Below, piece after piece: positions 7,465-16,841 of a stretch of DNA of 64,000 bases. A program made the position numbers and the translations under genes. The notes below the pieces were generated by a model, which ran no database searches, was not told where the DNA came from, and saw nothing but the letters and a program-made list of their open reading frames with translations. Origin of the DNA: a phage; NCBI GenBank assembly GCA_024672315.1, contig GCA_024672315.1_4714.1. One strand, 5' to 3'. How positions within the stretch are numbered: the first letter of the stretch is position 1; each line of letters starts with the position of its first letter.

Positions 7465-9921
7465 TTAAATAATCGTGACGTGTTCGTTATATGTTTCAGG
7501 GAGAATGATGTTCGTTTTATCAAGAACCATACACTCGGCTTTACGGAATGATGCATGGTTGATCACATAGTGGCTGATGAACCACACCTGGCTTACGCGG
7601 TGACCATCAACCAGACGACGAACAAAATCCATGGCATTAGATTGGTGCTGAGGATCAAATGTTGATGCGAATTCATCTAACATCAACGGATAATCCGTGA
7701 ACCCTTTGTAATGCATCATCGCGATGATGAACGCAATGTTGATAATTTCCTTTTGTCCCTTACTCCCATAAACAATATCTTTTCGCGGTGTCGGATACTT
7801 CTCAGTTAAAAGCGGAAAACGATAGTTCAATCCTTGCGCGTCGATAGCACACGGGAGTATCTGAAGTTGGTATTCCCAAATACTCGCAATGATACCGTTC
7901 ATGTACTCAACGAACGCGTTGATGGGACCCGCAATTGTTTCGGCAATCAGTCCGTTGGATGGACTTAACTCATCCAGAACAAGTTGTGCGTAACCGAGCT
8001 GTTCTTCCACCTCTTTTTGTGTCGTTTCCAACTGAGCCAGAAGCTGCTGGTCGGTTTTAGCTTCCTGTAACTGCTGTTCGACATGACTTATTCGGCGAAC
8101 CGTATCAGACATCGCAGCACGTAACGATTTCGTGTAGAGGTGTTGCAGATACTCTAACCACAGTTGGGTTAACGCTTTATCGCTGTTATCAGAACGCACC
8201 TGATCTTCCATAATCGCCGTAATGGTTTCCAGTCTACCTTCCGTAGCTGTGATGGCTTGTGTTAACCGCTCAACGGTTGTTAACAACTCTGTCCTGTTCT
8301 TATAAAGCGATTCTCGGCGTTGCTGTAACGGTTCAACATCAACCGCTTGTACACGTTCGAGCATACCTTGAAGATGCTTCCGTTCTTGTTCGGCTTGTGT
8401 GTAACGCGCAAGTTTCTCAAACGCAAGCAACCAATCGTTAATGATTCCAATGCTGCGGAATCCTAAACCGTTTTTACGTCCTTCTTCCAGCAGATTATCC
8501 CACATGGGTTTAATGGCGTAATAATCCTTCGTCCAACGCGTTAACTGACGATGCTGTTCCATCCAGAGCGTATAGCGCTGAACCTTCTCGCTAAGCTCAG
8601 CTAACGATTTCTCTTGTTCTTCAACCCAAGCACGACCCTTCTGAATACGCTGTTCAATACCCGCTTTGCTGGTCTTCTCTGTTTCACCAACATGAAAGCG
8701 ATAGTTGCATTTTGGACAGCTGGTCTGGGGTTGATGGTTAAGGTGGTCAAGATGCGCTTCTAAATCGGCTAACGCATGTTTCGCGTTACGCAAACGCATT
8801 CTTGCCGCCTCTTCCTCCTTGATGTAAGCTTCAGCATCGTAAACATGATAGGTGTTGTCGGTATCAATCCATTCTTGGAGTAATTCTGTTAACGGAGCCT
8901 GAACTTGCGTGAGCTGTTGTAAACAAACCGCAGCGTCCAGATTCATCGTTAAAAGCTCACCTGGATGATCTTGCTGAAGTTGTTCGTCCAAACAGGCAAG
9001 GCGGGCTTTAATCTGATCGATATCACCTTCACCAGACTGTTTCAACTGGTCAAGGATATTATCGATGCCCAACAGCTCGTCAACCTGACTTTCGAGTTTT
9101 GCATTCGCATTCGCGAGTTGTTCTCTTAGTTCAGCCAGATTCTGCTGTTCTTGTTGCGATGTTCCTCCTTGGTAACGAACAACCGCACGTAGAAGCTCGC
9201 GATTAAAATGATGGGCACGTTGTGCGGATTCCAGAAGCTGTCGTTGATCAACATCGCTATCGAATAACGGCAATCCCATCATCGCTTCGAGTGCTGAGCG
9301 TTGCTGCTTTAACTCTGCTTCTAATCCCTGGTGGTCGGTGCCGGTGTATTTCGCTTCAATACGCTGTGATGTTTCAACCAACTTATTCAGTGTGTGTTCA
9401 TTCACCGCTTTCAGTGAACGTACCTGTTGCTTAACCACCTGAAACAATTCAAGTGCGTAATCGACGTTAACCGGACATATCTGCGTTAATCGTTCGCGAC
9501 GTTTCATCGGCCCCATTTCGGTGAACTGGTAAGCCGTTTCGTAACCTAACAACAAACGAATGGTGTCGTCATTAAGTTCAAAATGTTCCTCGATTAGTTT
9601 CCACTGAGCGGGTTGTGTGCCACCACCGTTCAGGTTCTCGCTGTCGTTAACGTAGAACTCATGCTTAAACCCTTTTTCTAAACGACTGATAAGACGGTAT
9701 TGCTTATTACGGTGTTCACAGCGGTATTCGTAATACCCGTCTTTATCAAAATCGGCACGCTCAGGAACGGTCGGATACAGCAAAGGCAATAGACTACTCT
9801 TACCCGAACCGTTGCTGCCTAAAATGAGTTGTACGGGATTATCTGGCCGGATGACCAGCTCCCGAATCATCCCGGTATCAAAACGATTGAATCCACGTAA
9901 GTGGAGATAGGTGCATCGCAT
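7465..9921 (-). CDS. SbcC/Rad50-like ATPase with zinc hook
   Basis: Walker A GSNGSGKSS, long central coiled-coil with CPKC hook, signature-like YGSKGQKEI, Walker B LMLDEF, H-loop ISH; start placed at ATG 9921 (AAGGAT RBS, gives Rad50-like N-terminus); in-frame ATG also at 9984. Confidence 0.8.
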   Translation of the reverse strand: MRCTYLHLRGFNRFDTGMIRELVIRPDNPVQLILGSNGSGKSSLLPLLYPTVPERADFDKDGYYEYRCEHRNKQYRLISRLEKGFKHEFYVNDSENLNGGGTQPAQWKLIEEHFELNDDTIRLLLGYETAYQFTEMGPMKRRERLTQICPVNVDYALELFQVVKQQVRSLKAVNEHTLNKLVETSQRIEAKYTGTDHQGLEAELKQQRSALEAMMGLPLFDSDVDQRQLLESAQRAHHFNRELLRAVVRYQGGTSQQEQQNLAELREQLANANAKLESQVDELLGIDNILDQLKQSGEGDIDQIKARLACLDEQLQQDHPGELLTMNLDAAVCLQQLTQVQAPLTELLQEWIDTDNTYHVYDAEAYIKEEEAARMRLRNAKHALADLEAHLDHLNHQPQTSCPKCNYRFHVGETEKTSKAGIEQRIQKGRAWVEEQEKSLAELSEKVQRYTLWMEQHRQLTRWTKDYYAIKPMWDNLLEEGRKNGLGFRSIGIINDWLLAFEKLARYTQAEQERKHLQGMLERVQAVDVEPLQQRRESLYKNRTELLTTVERLTQAITATEGRLETITAIMEDQVRSDNSDKALTQLWLEYLQHLYTKSLRAAMSDTVRRISHVEQQLQEAKTDQQLLAQLETTQKEVEEQLGYAQLVLDELSPSNGLIAETIAGPINAFVEYMNGIIASIWEYQLQILPCAIDAQGLNYRFPLLTEKYPTPRKDIVYGSKGQKEIINIAFIIAMMHYKGFTDYPLMLDEFASTFDPQHQSNAMDFVRRLVDGHRVSQVWFISHYVINHASFRKAECMVLDKTNIILPETYNEHVTII

Positions 9922-10035
9922 GCTATGATAATCCTTCTTCGATACCTTCTGAACCACGGGTTCAGAATGCGAAGCTGAAGCCATACTTCAGCGTTATTTT
10001 CTATATCGTTATTTAAATCAGTAGGAGATTACAGC

Positions 10036-11124
10036 ATGAGCGACCTGGCAACAGACAATCGCACAAAAGGGAGTCAGCTAGCTCCAGACAACAACGTAAG
10101 CGTTTTCCGTATCTATGCCTTGGGTACTGTTGCTGCCGACTTTTCCAATAAAAGTCTGGAAGAAGATCCTAACCAAACGCTGGAGGTCTTTCTTGATGAG
10201 ATGATGTCAGGTGCTGACGGGAAAGTTGAAGCGGCGGGAAGCGTGAAAGAAGTCAGTGCAACAGACGCTCAAGGGAACAGCTATACAGCGAAAGCGGCAA
10301 CAACAACCAGCGTACAGTGTTATTGGTTACCTTTCGGTAGTAACCGGATGACGGCACCTAACTTGAGGAAAGGTCAGCGTGTGGTGGTCTGGCGTACCGC
10401 CGATGAAGAACAACTCTACTGGCAGCCCAAAGGAGGGGATAGCGAGCTGATGACCATGGAATCAGTTATCCTCACCGTCAGCGCACGTCCTAGCGCTAAG
10501 AAGGACCGTAAATCGATTTCAACGGAAGACTGCTATTACCTAATGGTTGATACCTTCCTCAAGAAAGCGGTTATCGGCACCAGCGCGCAGCTTGGTGAAG
10601 TTACCCAAGTCTACATGGAACTTAATCTAGACGAGGGTTACTTACAGGTTGCGGACAGCGTTCATCAAAATCTGCTGTTACTCCATTTCGTTGAACATAT
10701 GCTGCGTTATCAAAACCAGGACGACAGCATCATCGACGTGACAAAAAAGAACATCACATTCCAGTGCGAGGATACGCTCAAAGCAATTGCTAAGAACGAT
10801 ATCCGAATGAAAGCAAAAAACATTTATACCGAATGTGAGAACTTCGAGCGTACCAGCAAAACAGAAAGCGTTACGAGTCAGAATGTTTCTTTGAAGTGTG
10901 ACCGTTACACCGCGCAAGTATCAGGACAGACCACGTTCAAATGTCCTAATACGGTATTCACTGGAGCTGTAAGCTTCACAGGTGAAGACGGGAACACGAT
11001 GACGTTGAATGGGAACTTCATACACATCGCAGGCTCTTGGCGTTCACCAACCGGAACAAACGTATACACCCACGATCACGGTGGTGTAGATCGTGGTAGC
11101 GGTCGTACAGACCCGTTCCAATAA
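10036..11124 (+). CDS. hypothetical protein, possibly baseplate spike-like
   Basis: ATG with AGGAGA RBS; N-terminal YWLPF..GQRVVVW resembles gpV/gp5 OB-fold signature (weak, from memory); Gly/Thr-rich C-terminus. Confidence 0.3.
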   Translation: MSDLATDNRTKGSQLAPDNNVSVFRIYALGTVAADFSNKSLEEDPNQTLEVFLDEMMSGADGKVEAAGSVKEVSATDAQGNSYTAKAATTTSVQCYWLPFGSNRMTAPNLRKGQRVVVWRTADEEQLYWQPKGGDSELMTMESVILTVSARPSAKKDRKSISTEDCYYLMVDTFLKKAVIGTSAQLGEVTQVYMELNLDEGYLQVADSVHQNLLLLHFVEHMLRYQNQDDSIIDVTKKNITFQCEDTLKAIAKNDIRMKAKNIYTECENFERTSKTESVTSQNVSLKCDRYTAQVSGQTTFKCPNTVFTGAVSFTGEDGNTMTLNGNFIHIAGSWRSPTGTNVYTHDHGGVDRGSGRTDPFQ

Positions 11125-11144
11125 AAAAAAGAAATGCAATACAA

Positions 11145-11179
11145 CCTCCTTCCCTAGCCATCAAGGCCGGGGAAGGAGG
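11145..11179. terminator. CCTCC-family hairpin H2 (variant loop) at convergent junction
   Basis: CCTCCTTCCC ... GGGAAGGAGG stem; A8 run 14 nt upstream on plus strand. Confidence 0.55.
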
Positions 11180-11194
11180 ATTATAGTTTATTTA

Positions 11195-11584
11195 TTAACG
11201 CGTTGCATTCTGGATGATTTCTTTTCCAATCTTAACCAAAGCGGGTATCTGTACAGCGGTTGCGCCTCGATGACGAAACGCGGTCGTTAACGCAGTATCG
11301 ATACTCACCGCACGTCCATGAAGACGATCGAAATAGACTTGAGTGATTGCGGTAGCGTAATCCTTTCGCTGTTTCTTGGTTTGGCTCAACAGCGCCGCAC
11401 TATGACTAACGATGAAGTAAGCGATTAAGAAGAACGCCGCTGAACGCGAACCGGGTAGAAAACCTTGTCGCTTAGGGAGCATCTCACAATCGCGAACAGA
11501 ATTATCGTTCGCCAGCTCTTCCATGTCAACGCAGCATAATTTTGCATAGGTGTGGAGATAGTGGGTAAAAGTTGAATTTAACAT
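11195..11584 (-). CDS. hypothetical small membrane protein
   Basis: 129 aa, GAGGAA RBS; hydrophobic AAFFLIAYFIVSHSAALL. Confidence 0.5.
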   Translation of the reverse strand: MLNSTFTHYLHTYAKLCCVDMEELANDNSVRDCEMLPKRQGFLPGSRSAAFFLIAYFIVSHSAALLSQTKKQRKDYATAITQVYFDRLHGRAVSIDTALTTAFRHRGATAVQIPALVKIGKEIIQNATR

Positions 11585-11689
11585 TTTCTTTCCTCGATTG
11601 CCATGAGTTCAATGTATAGCTTAAACGTCACAGAACGACGTATAACGGTTTGTTTTAATTTCTAAGGGGTTTCCCTATCTAAGATTGAA

Positions 11690-12052
11690 TTAAAGCGTTC
11701 TGAAGAGTTCTGTCGCGTTCTCGTCACGTAAACAGGCTTCGTTCAACAACTCCGCCAACAACTTCGATCTAACTTCAACGAATGTCCTGGTACGATGCTC
11801 CCAGTCTAAACGGATGGTGTAGGTATCATCCATGTTTCTGTGGTCCACAACAGATGTTGAACAGCGCGTTTCTTGTTTATTCACAGCACTCCAGACATCA
11901 CGGATAATCGTCATGCCTTTCTTGGTACACGTAAACGTTAAGATACAACGATTATTCGCTGCTTCTTCACAAACGTGAATAAATTCACTTCGTAGCGATG
12001 AGGTCTTGGTCAATCGATCGATAGCGAGCGATAAACCGATACGTTGTTGCAT
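11690..12052 (-). CDS. hypothetical protein
   Basis: 120 aa, AAGGAA RBS. Confidence 0.5.
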   Translation of the reverse strand: MQQRIGLSLAIDRLTKTSSLRSEFIHVCEEAANNRCILTFTCTKKGMTIIRDVWSAVNKQETRCSTSVVDHRNMDDTYTIRLDWEHRTRTFVEVRSKLLAELLNEACLRDENATELFRTL

Positions 12053-12053
12053 A

Positions 12054-12479
12054 TCAAATTCCTTCTTTCAAAATCTCATTAAGACCGTCAGTAATCCAGT
12101 CGAACTTCGTCTTAATCATGGCTGGGTTCAATCCATATACTTCCCACACAAGCTGGGGTTTATGTGTTCCATCGTCCAAACAAAGCACATCGATTGAGAG
12201 TACCATACCACCCGTCAATTTCATGTTCTCGCAACTACGAAGATATGCGGATTCTAGCAATACTTTCCCTAACGCAGTGCAAGCAAATGTTAACCGGGAA
12301 GAGTACAGGTACGATGACGTTTTACAGTAGGTTGCTGATATCGGTTGAATATGTTTGCGGAGTTTGGCGTCTTCACGTAAAAGCAATAACGTGTGATGTA
12401 ACCGCGTATGCTCGGTAACCGATGAGCTATACTCACCGATACACTCTTCGGCGACTGATTTAGGCCATTTAATTTTCAT
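12054..12479 (-). CDS. hypothetical protein (possible paralog of 12495-12938)
   Basis: 141 aa, GAGGAA RBS; N-terminus MKIKWPKSVA resembles MEIKFCKSIA of neighbour. Confidence 0.5.
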   Translation of the reverse strand: MKIKWPKSVAEECIGEYSSSVTEHTRLHHTLLLLREDAKLRKHIQPISATYCKTSSYLYSSRLTFACTALGKVLLESAYLRSCENMKLTGGMVLSIDVLCLDDGTHKPQLVWEVYGLNPAMIKTKFDWITDGLNEILKEGI

Positions 12480-12494
12480 GTTCGATTCCTCGTA

Positions 12495-12938
12495 TTAACG
12501 CTGTGTTCCATTCGATAAGCGGGTGGTATCAAAACGATCCAGTTGGTGTACAATGCTATCAGCAACACGATGCAAATAGTGTATTTTGTCCATTCGTGAA
12601 ATCGCAGAAATCGTCCAGCAAGCCTCTGACGTCCAATAGGTGCCGTCTTCACTAAGGCTAACGTTATAAACTAACTTCGTCATCACATTTCTCGCCTTAT
12701 GCTCAGCAGACCAGAATATGTTTTCTAACACATCCTTCCCCGTTTGTGAAAACACGAACCCAAGCTTCACGTCGAAGTCGGATGCTTCAAGATTAACGCA
12801 GTGAAGATGATTCTCTAACGGCGCAAAAGAGGCTAAACGTTCCAGCGCATGTTGCAGTGTGGGATGATCGAGCTTTTCGAGATCATCCGCAGGTTGTTCA
12901 GGTACAATCGCGATCGATTTACAGAATTTAATTTCCAT
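12495..12938 (-). CDS. hypothetical protein
   Basis: 147 aa, AGAGGA RBS. Confidence 0.5.
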   Translation of the reverse strand: MEIKFCKSIAIVPEQPADDLEKLDHPTLQHALERLASFAPLENHLHCVNLEASDFDVKLGFVFSQTGKDVLENIFWSAEHKARNVMTKLVYNVSLSEDGTYWTSEACWTISAISRMDKIHYLHRVADSIVHQLDRFDTTRLSNGTQR

Positions 12939-13050
12939 GGTAGGTTCCTCTTGATAGTGGTTGATGATAGTAACGGGGACGGCGATGTCCCCTTGGTTTC
13001 TTATTGCCCCGCCCGAACCCGATGAGGTACAGGCGGGTGATGTTGATGCG

Positions 13051-13458
13051 TTATAGCGGCATCAGACGTTCTTTAAGTTGGGTTAACTTATTTGCAACGA
13101 TGTTCTCAACGTCGATCATCTTGTTCATGTTGTCGAGGGTATCCTGCCAGATGAAAATATCCACGGAACCGGTTCCGACTAACGCGTTCTCAGGACGATG
13201 GTCGCGGGTCACGTAGCGTGGTCTCTGCGGGCAGGTTTGTAACTCGATCCAAAGCGCATCTAACGGACCACGGTCCGTGACACCTAAGGCGAAGAATTCA
13301 CCTCGTACGACCAGAACATCATCAGCCGTCCTGACACGGGTTGATCCTTCGTACACCAATTCCATCTTTGCTCGACAGGCTGGGTTCTCGTTCCACGCCT
13401 GGACGGCATCGGCAAGGGCTATTGACGTTGCGGTGGTGTTCGTTTGATCATGTTGCAT
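13051..13458 (-). CDS. hypothetical protein
   Basis: 135 aa, AGGAG RBS. Confidence 0.5.
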   Translation of the reverse strand: MQHDQTNTTATSIALADAVQAWNENPACRAKMELVYEGSTRVRTADDVLVVRGEFFALGVTDRGPLDALWIELQTCPQRPRYVTRDHRPENALVGTGSVDIFIWQDTLDNMNKMIDVENIVANKLTQLKERLMPL

Positions 13459-13535
13459 TCTAAGCTCCTGTAACGCTCTCTAAGCGTCGTTTTAAGTTAA
13501 GGTATAGTTTCCCTTCTTTGGATTCGTTTATTGCG

Positions 13536-13811
13536 TTATACGGCTTTTCTGTGCGCGTAGAACGCCTTCGTTCCGTTGTTGATTGCTTCAACCACATCCC
13601 GGGTTAACACAACGGCGTTATCGCTTCGAGACGACGGTGCGTAATACCCTTCACCGTTCTCGGTAATCAGGCGATAACGGACTAAGCCTATACTCGGTTC
13701 AACACGTAGCACCTTCTCAAGTTTGTATTTGATGATCTTCGTCAGGCTGACTGTGTCTGACGCGTAGATTGCTTTATAAACCTTGTTCTTTGCTGTCGGT
13801 TTCATCAACAT
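13536..13811 (-). CDS. hypothetical protein
   Basis: 91 aa ORF, weak RBS. Confidence 0.4.
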   Translation of the reverse strand: MLMKPTAKNKVYKAIYASDTVSLTKIIKYKLEKVLRVEPSIGLVRYRLITENGEGYYAPSSRSDNAVVLTRDVVEAINNGTKAFYAHRKAV

Positions 13812-13851
13812 GATTTCTGTTGTACTTTCCTTTTCGCTTGTTGGTGTTGGA

Positions 13852-14151
13852 TTAAGGTTTAGGTTCCGTTTTGTGTTGTGCGAGTAGTGTGTTGATCTGC
13901 TCCCGCTGTTCTTTTAAGCATGCGGGAAGTTGGTCTTCCCGTACCGTTCCGATTTCCAACGTGATGTACCAGCGTTGTTCGGAAGCCTGCCATTGAAAAC
14001 TGCTCTGTAACCTCAGGATGTTAGGATCACGTACCTTGCTTGCGCTGTAGCGATCGAACCAATCCAGGTATTCTGCTTTCCCTTCCTCGTCGGCAACGTA
14101 ACGCTGCACGCTGTTCTTCCCTTTGTTTTCGTATCCCGTTGCACGTATCAT
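13852..14151 (-). CDS. hypothetical protein
   Basis: Start moved to ATG 14151 with AAGGAG RBS (track start 14208 lacks RBS and overlaps upstream gene). Confidence 0.45.
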   Translation of the reverse strand: MIRATGYENKGKNSVQRYVADEEGKAEYLDWFDRYSASKVRDPNILRLQSSFQWQASEQRWYITLEIGTVREDQLPACLKEQREQINTLLAQHKTEPKP

Positions 14152-14174
14152 GCGAATGTTTCTCCTTGGTTGTA

Positions 14175-14924
14175 TTAGGGATGGCGCAACATAGTCACAT
14201 CCCAGCATACCAGCTTGCTTTTCTCAAGCATCTTCTGCGCGATATCAACGCTAACTCTAGGATGCATGACAGGTAGCCAACGTTCGTTAAGTACCTTCGC
14301 TTCCAGGCGTTGTTTGCGGGGATTGTAGCGCGCTTCGCTAACCCATGTGTAACCGAAAGGATGGATAACCCGTGGGTAGTAACGTTTAAGCATCACCAGT
14401 CTTTGCTGATAAAGCTTATCGGAACCCTCGCCAACGAATAAGGCAACCCGTTCCAACCGCTTGGTGTAATACGTTCCGGTGGTATGATTGATCCAACCAG
14501 GAAGCGTTCGTACGTCATTTTCAAGTGTTCCTGATACGTTGTGCACTTCACCGCTATACACCGTCCCAACAACCTGATTCGCTGCGTCCACCATCGACCG
14601 TGGCAAAGCATCGGCGGTAGGATACAACCATGCGTCCCCAAGCTGCTCTCCCGACGCAAGTACTCGTAGTCCGCTTGCGCTCATCCGTTGCGGATGCTGA
14701 CTCTTATGCGCACGCAACTGCACCACAGATAAGTCCGCTGGATAGGCGACACAACAACCCCGCTGACGGAACCGTCCAACCTCACCATCCATCCCTTCGA
14801 TCATGCTTCCTTCCGAACCGTTCCACCAACGTTTAACCTTCACGCATTCTGCTTGCACCGCTTCAGGCAACGTTAGATAATCGTGCTCGATAAACACCAC
14901 ATCAAAAATTAATTCATTGTTCAT
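14175..14924 (-). CDS. hypothetical protein
   Basis: 249 aa, AGAGGA RBS; first gene downstream of the promoter-motif pair at 15006-15072. Confidence 0.55.
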   Translation of the reverse strand: MNNELIFDVVFIEHDYLTLPEAVQAECVKVKRWWNGSEGSMIEGMDGEVGRFRQRGCCVAYPADLSVVQLRAHKSQHPQRMSASGLRVLASGEQLGDAWLYPTADALPRSMVDAANQVVGTVYSGEVHNVSGTLENDVRTLPGWINHTTGTYYTKRLERVALFVGEGSDKLYQQRLVMLKRYYPRVIHPFGYTWVSEARYNPRKQRLEAKVLNERWLPVMHPRVSVDIAQKMLEKSKLVCWDVTMLRHP

Positions 14925-15005
14925 GTAAAAAGATCCTCTGTTTCACGTTAACTAAACAACGTGTTGATTTCTATTTGACAGAATACGAACATTGTACGTA
15001 TCTAT

Positions 15006-15028
15006 CACTTAGGTAACGCTTACGCGTC
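15006..15028 (-). promoter_or_regulatory. partial copy of conserved motif
   Basis: CACTTAGGTAACGCTTACGCGTC shares first 11 nt with the motif. Confidence 0.3.
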
Positions 15029-15031
15029 GCG

Positions 15032-15054
15032 TTCATGATGCATGGCATCATGAA
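15032..15054. promoter_or_regulatory. perfect palindrome, operator-like
   Basis: TTCATGATGC-ATG-GCATCATGAA between two promoter-motif copies. Confidence 0.4.
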
Positions 15055-15072
15055 GGTAATATAGTCGTGAAA
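15052..15072 (-). promoter_or_regulatory. conserved motif, candidate promoter for gene 14175-14924
   Basis: GAAGGTAATATAGTCGTGAAA, ~128 nt upstream of ATG 14924; abuts palindrome 15032-15054. Confidence 0.45.
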
Positions 15073-15758
15073 GGATTTGTGTTACAGCAAGGGTTTTGTT
15101 GTTTTTAAGAAGGGATGGATTTAGAAGAGGTGTTGCAAGCAAGGAAGGTAAACGAGGATAGGTATTTTGATTTAAGTAAGTAAGATGTTATCTGTATTCG
15201 TTAAAAGTGTATTGTCTATCTTAAGTTATGTCTTATTGTTTAATCGTTTAATATTTTTATCTAAATAGGTTTAACTCTATCTTGTTTGTATATTTAAATT
15301 AAATCAATAAGCTTATCTTCAAAACAATGGATAACATGTGTTTACTACCTTAACGGTAACACATGTCATCTGTGCATTACACTTCGTTACATGCTAATTA
15401 AATCGGATAACTCAAAAAACATTTGTGATACTCTTCTTCACGTTGTTCATCAGAGTATCCCGTCTATACTCATTGCATTCGTATACGACATAACCGTTAT
15501 ACGCTAACGCTACGCTTATAGCTTGATAACTCTAAGGATAAAAACATAAACTCGCTTCGCTCGTTTAGTTTTTCTTTTTCTTAGAGTTATCCTGTTGCTC
15601 GTCTCTAAAGGACTTCGCTCCTCCCCCGTCCCCCGAAGGGGCCGAGGTCGTGGAAATTTTACTTTCCAAATACATTTACAACATCTGTAAACTTTTACTC
15701 CAGGTACTTAATCTTATCATTAGAAATTATAAAAGAGAAGAATAAACACAAACATAAA

Positions 15759-15791
15759 CCTTCCTCCAACCCAACAGGGAAGGAGGAAGGG
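15759..15791 (-). terminator. CCTCC-family hairpin H3 after gene 15807-16700
   Basis: CCTTCCTCC-AA-CCC-AACA-GGG-AA-GGAGGAAGG; identical to H9. Confidence 0.65.
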
Positions 15792-15806
15792 AGAGATTAA
15801 TTAAAA

Positions 15807-16700
15807 TTAATCAGCGACGTTATAACCGAATACGACTTTACCGTAGGTGTGAGTACCGTCAGCTAATGACAGCACCAGCACGTGGTTGTACGTAGCGTTA
15901 ACGCCCTTGTCGGTAGACTGGGCGGTAGCACCGTTATAGACAAAGGTAGCCGTTTGCAGATTGGTTTTCAGCTCATTGATGATATCATCACTTACACCGG
16001 TCTGCTCTTTGATCAGCGTAGTCAGGTTACCTGCTAAGCCTGCATCGATATTTACTTCGTTGCCGGTAATAGCTTGTAAACCTGCGGTGTAAGTACTGAA
16101 GTCTAACGGATAGGTTAACAGACGTGCTGAGGTCTTGGTACCATCGCCTTCATCAACGTAGGTTAAGTTACCTAGATTGGTAACCTTGATGATGTTAGCC
16201 AGATCCAGCGTGGTGTTATAAACTTTAACTTGAACAGAGCCGTACCACGCCAACGAATCTTCTTTGGCTTCCAGGGTGATCGTCTGGATACCATGCTGGT
16301 CGAAGGTAACCGGCGTAGCTAACGTTTCGGCTTTGATGTCTTTCGTTTTATCCAGGAACTTGTCACCGGAAGGCGTGATCATACCGTAGCGTTGAGCTAC
16401 GAGGTCGACCACATCACCGATGGTGGTGTTAGCAGTAACGTTAACACGTACGGCGATCTTCTGGAACCACTTAGCCAGATCCAGACGATGGTAGGTAACA
16501 TCGCGGTCATTGAAGTAAGGGGTACCATCACCAGGGCTAAGCGTTAAAGTTGCTTCTGGAGCAGAATCACTTTTGGATTTAAGAACGTATTTAAGATCAG
16601 AGTATTGGAATTCGGCACCAGTGTCGGCGTTGAGTTTGTTAATCTCATCAACGATAAGTTGCCAAGGTGTTTTTAAAGTAAGCGAAACTTGAGTTGCCAT
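15807..16700 (-). CDS. abundant virion-type protein, member of ~300-aa paralog family
   Basis: 297 aa; strongly biased enterobacterial codon usage; shares YxR[IL], R[YF]G[ILM] and LAW[YT]GSV blocks with 16842, 27766, 29588 and 30450; hairpin H3 follows 16 nt after stop. Confidence 0.65.
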   Translation of the reverse strand: MATQVSLTLKTPWQLIVDEINKLNADTGAEFQYSDLKYVLKSKSDSAPEATLTLSPGDGTPYFNDRDVTYHRLDLAKWFQKIAVRVNVTANTTIGDVVDLVAQRYGMITPSGDKFLDKTKDIKAETLATPVTFDQHGIQTITLEAKEDSLAWYGSVQVKVYNTTLDLANIIKVTNLGNLTYVDEGDGTKTSARLLTYPLDFSTYTAGLQAITGNEVNIDAGLAGNLTTLIKEQTGVSDDIINELKTNLQTATFVYNGATAQSTDKGVNATYNHVLVLSLADGTHTYGKVVFGYNVAD

Positions 16701-16841
16701 TTTCTACCTCTATGGTTGTTACATCACTCTCAAAAGATGTAAGTGTTTACAGAAATTAATATATTTTATATTAGTGTGAATAATATGGAGAACGACTCCG
16801 AATCTCCTTTTCGACCATCAAAAATCAGAGGACACATTATC

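Larger units (their letters stand above)
14925..15758. other. AT-rich ORF-free island with repeats and palindromes
   Basis: No ORF of 60 aa or more on either strand; GGATAAC at 15329, 15405, 15587 (inverted) and GGATAAA at 15535; 12-bp inverted repeat 15525-15536 / 15580-15591; repeated TATCTT words. Confidence 0.5.

Noticed and set aside
14981-15010. Sigma70-like promoter TTGACA plus weak -10 on plus strand
   Set aside because: The -10 candidate (GTATCT/TATCTA) is poor and nothing coding lies downstream on the plus strand.
14925-15806. tRNA or other structured RNA gene in the AT-rich island
   Set aside because: No cloverleaf-compatible sequence (no GTTCGAATC-type T-arm, no acceptor pairing); only simple inverted repeats.
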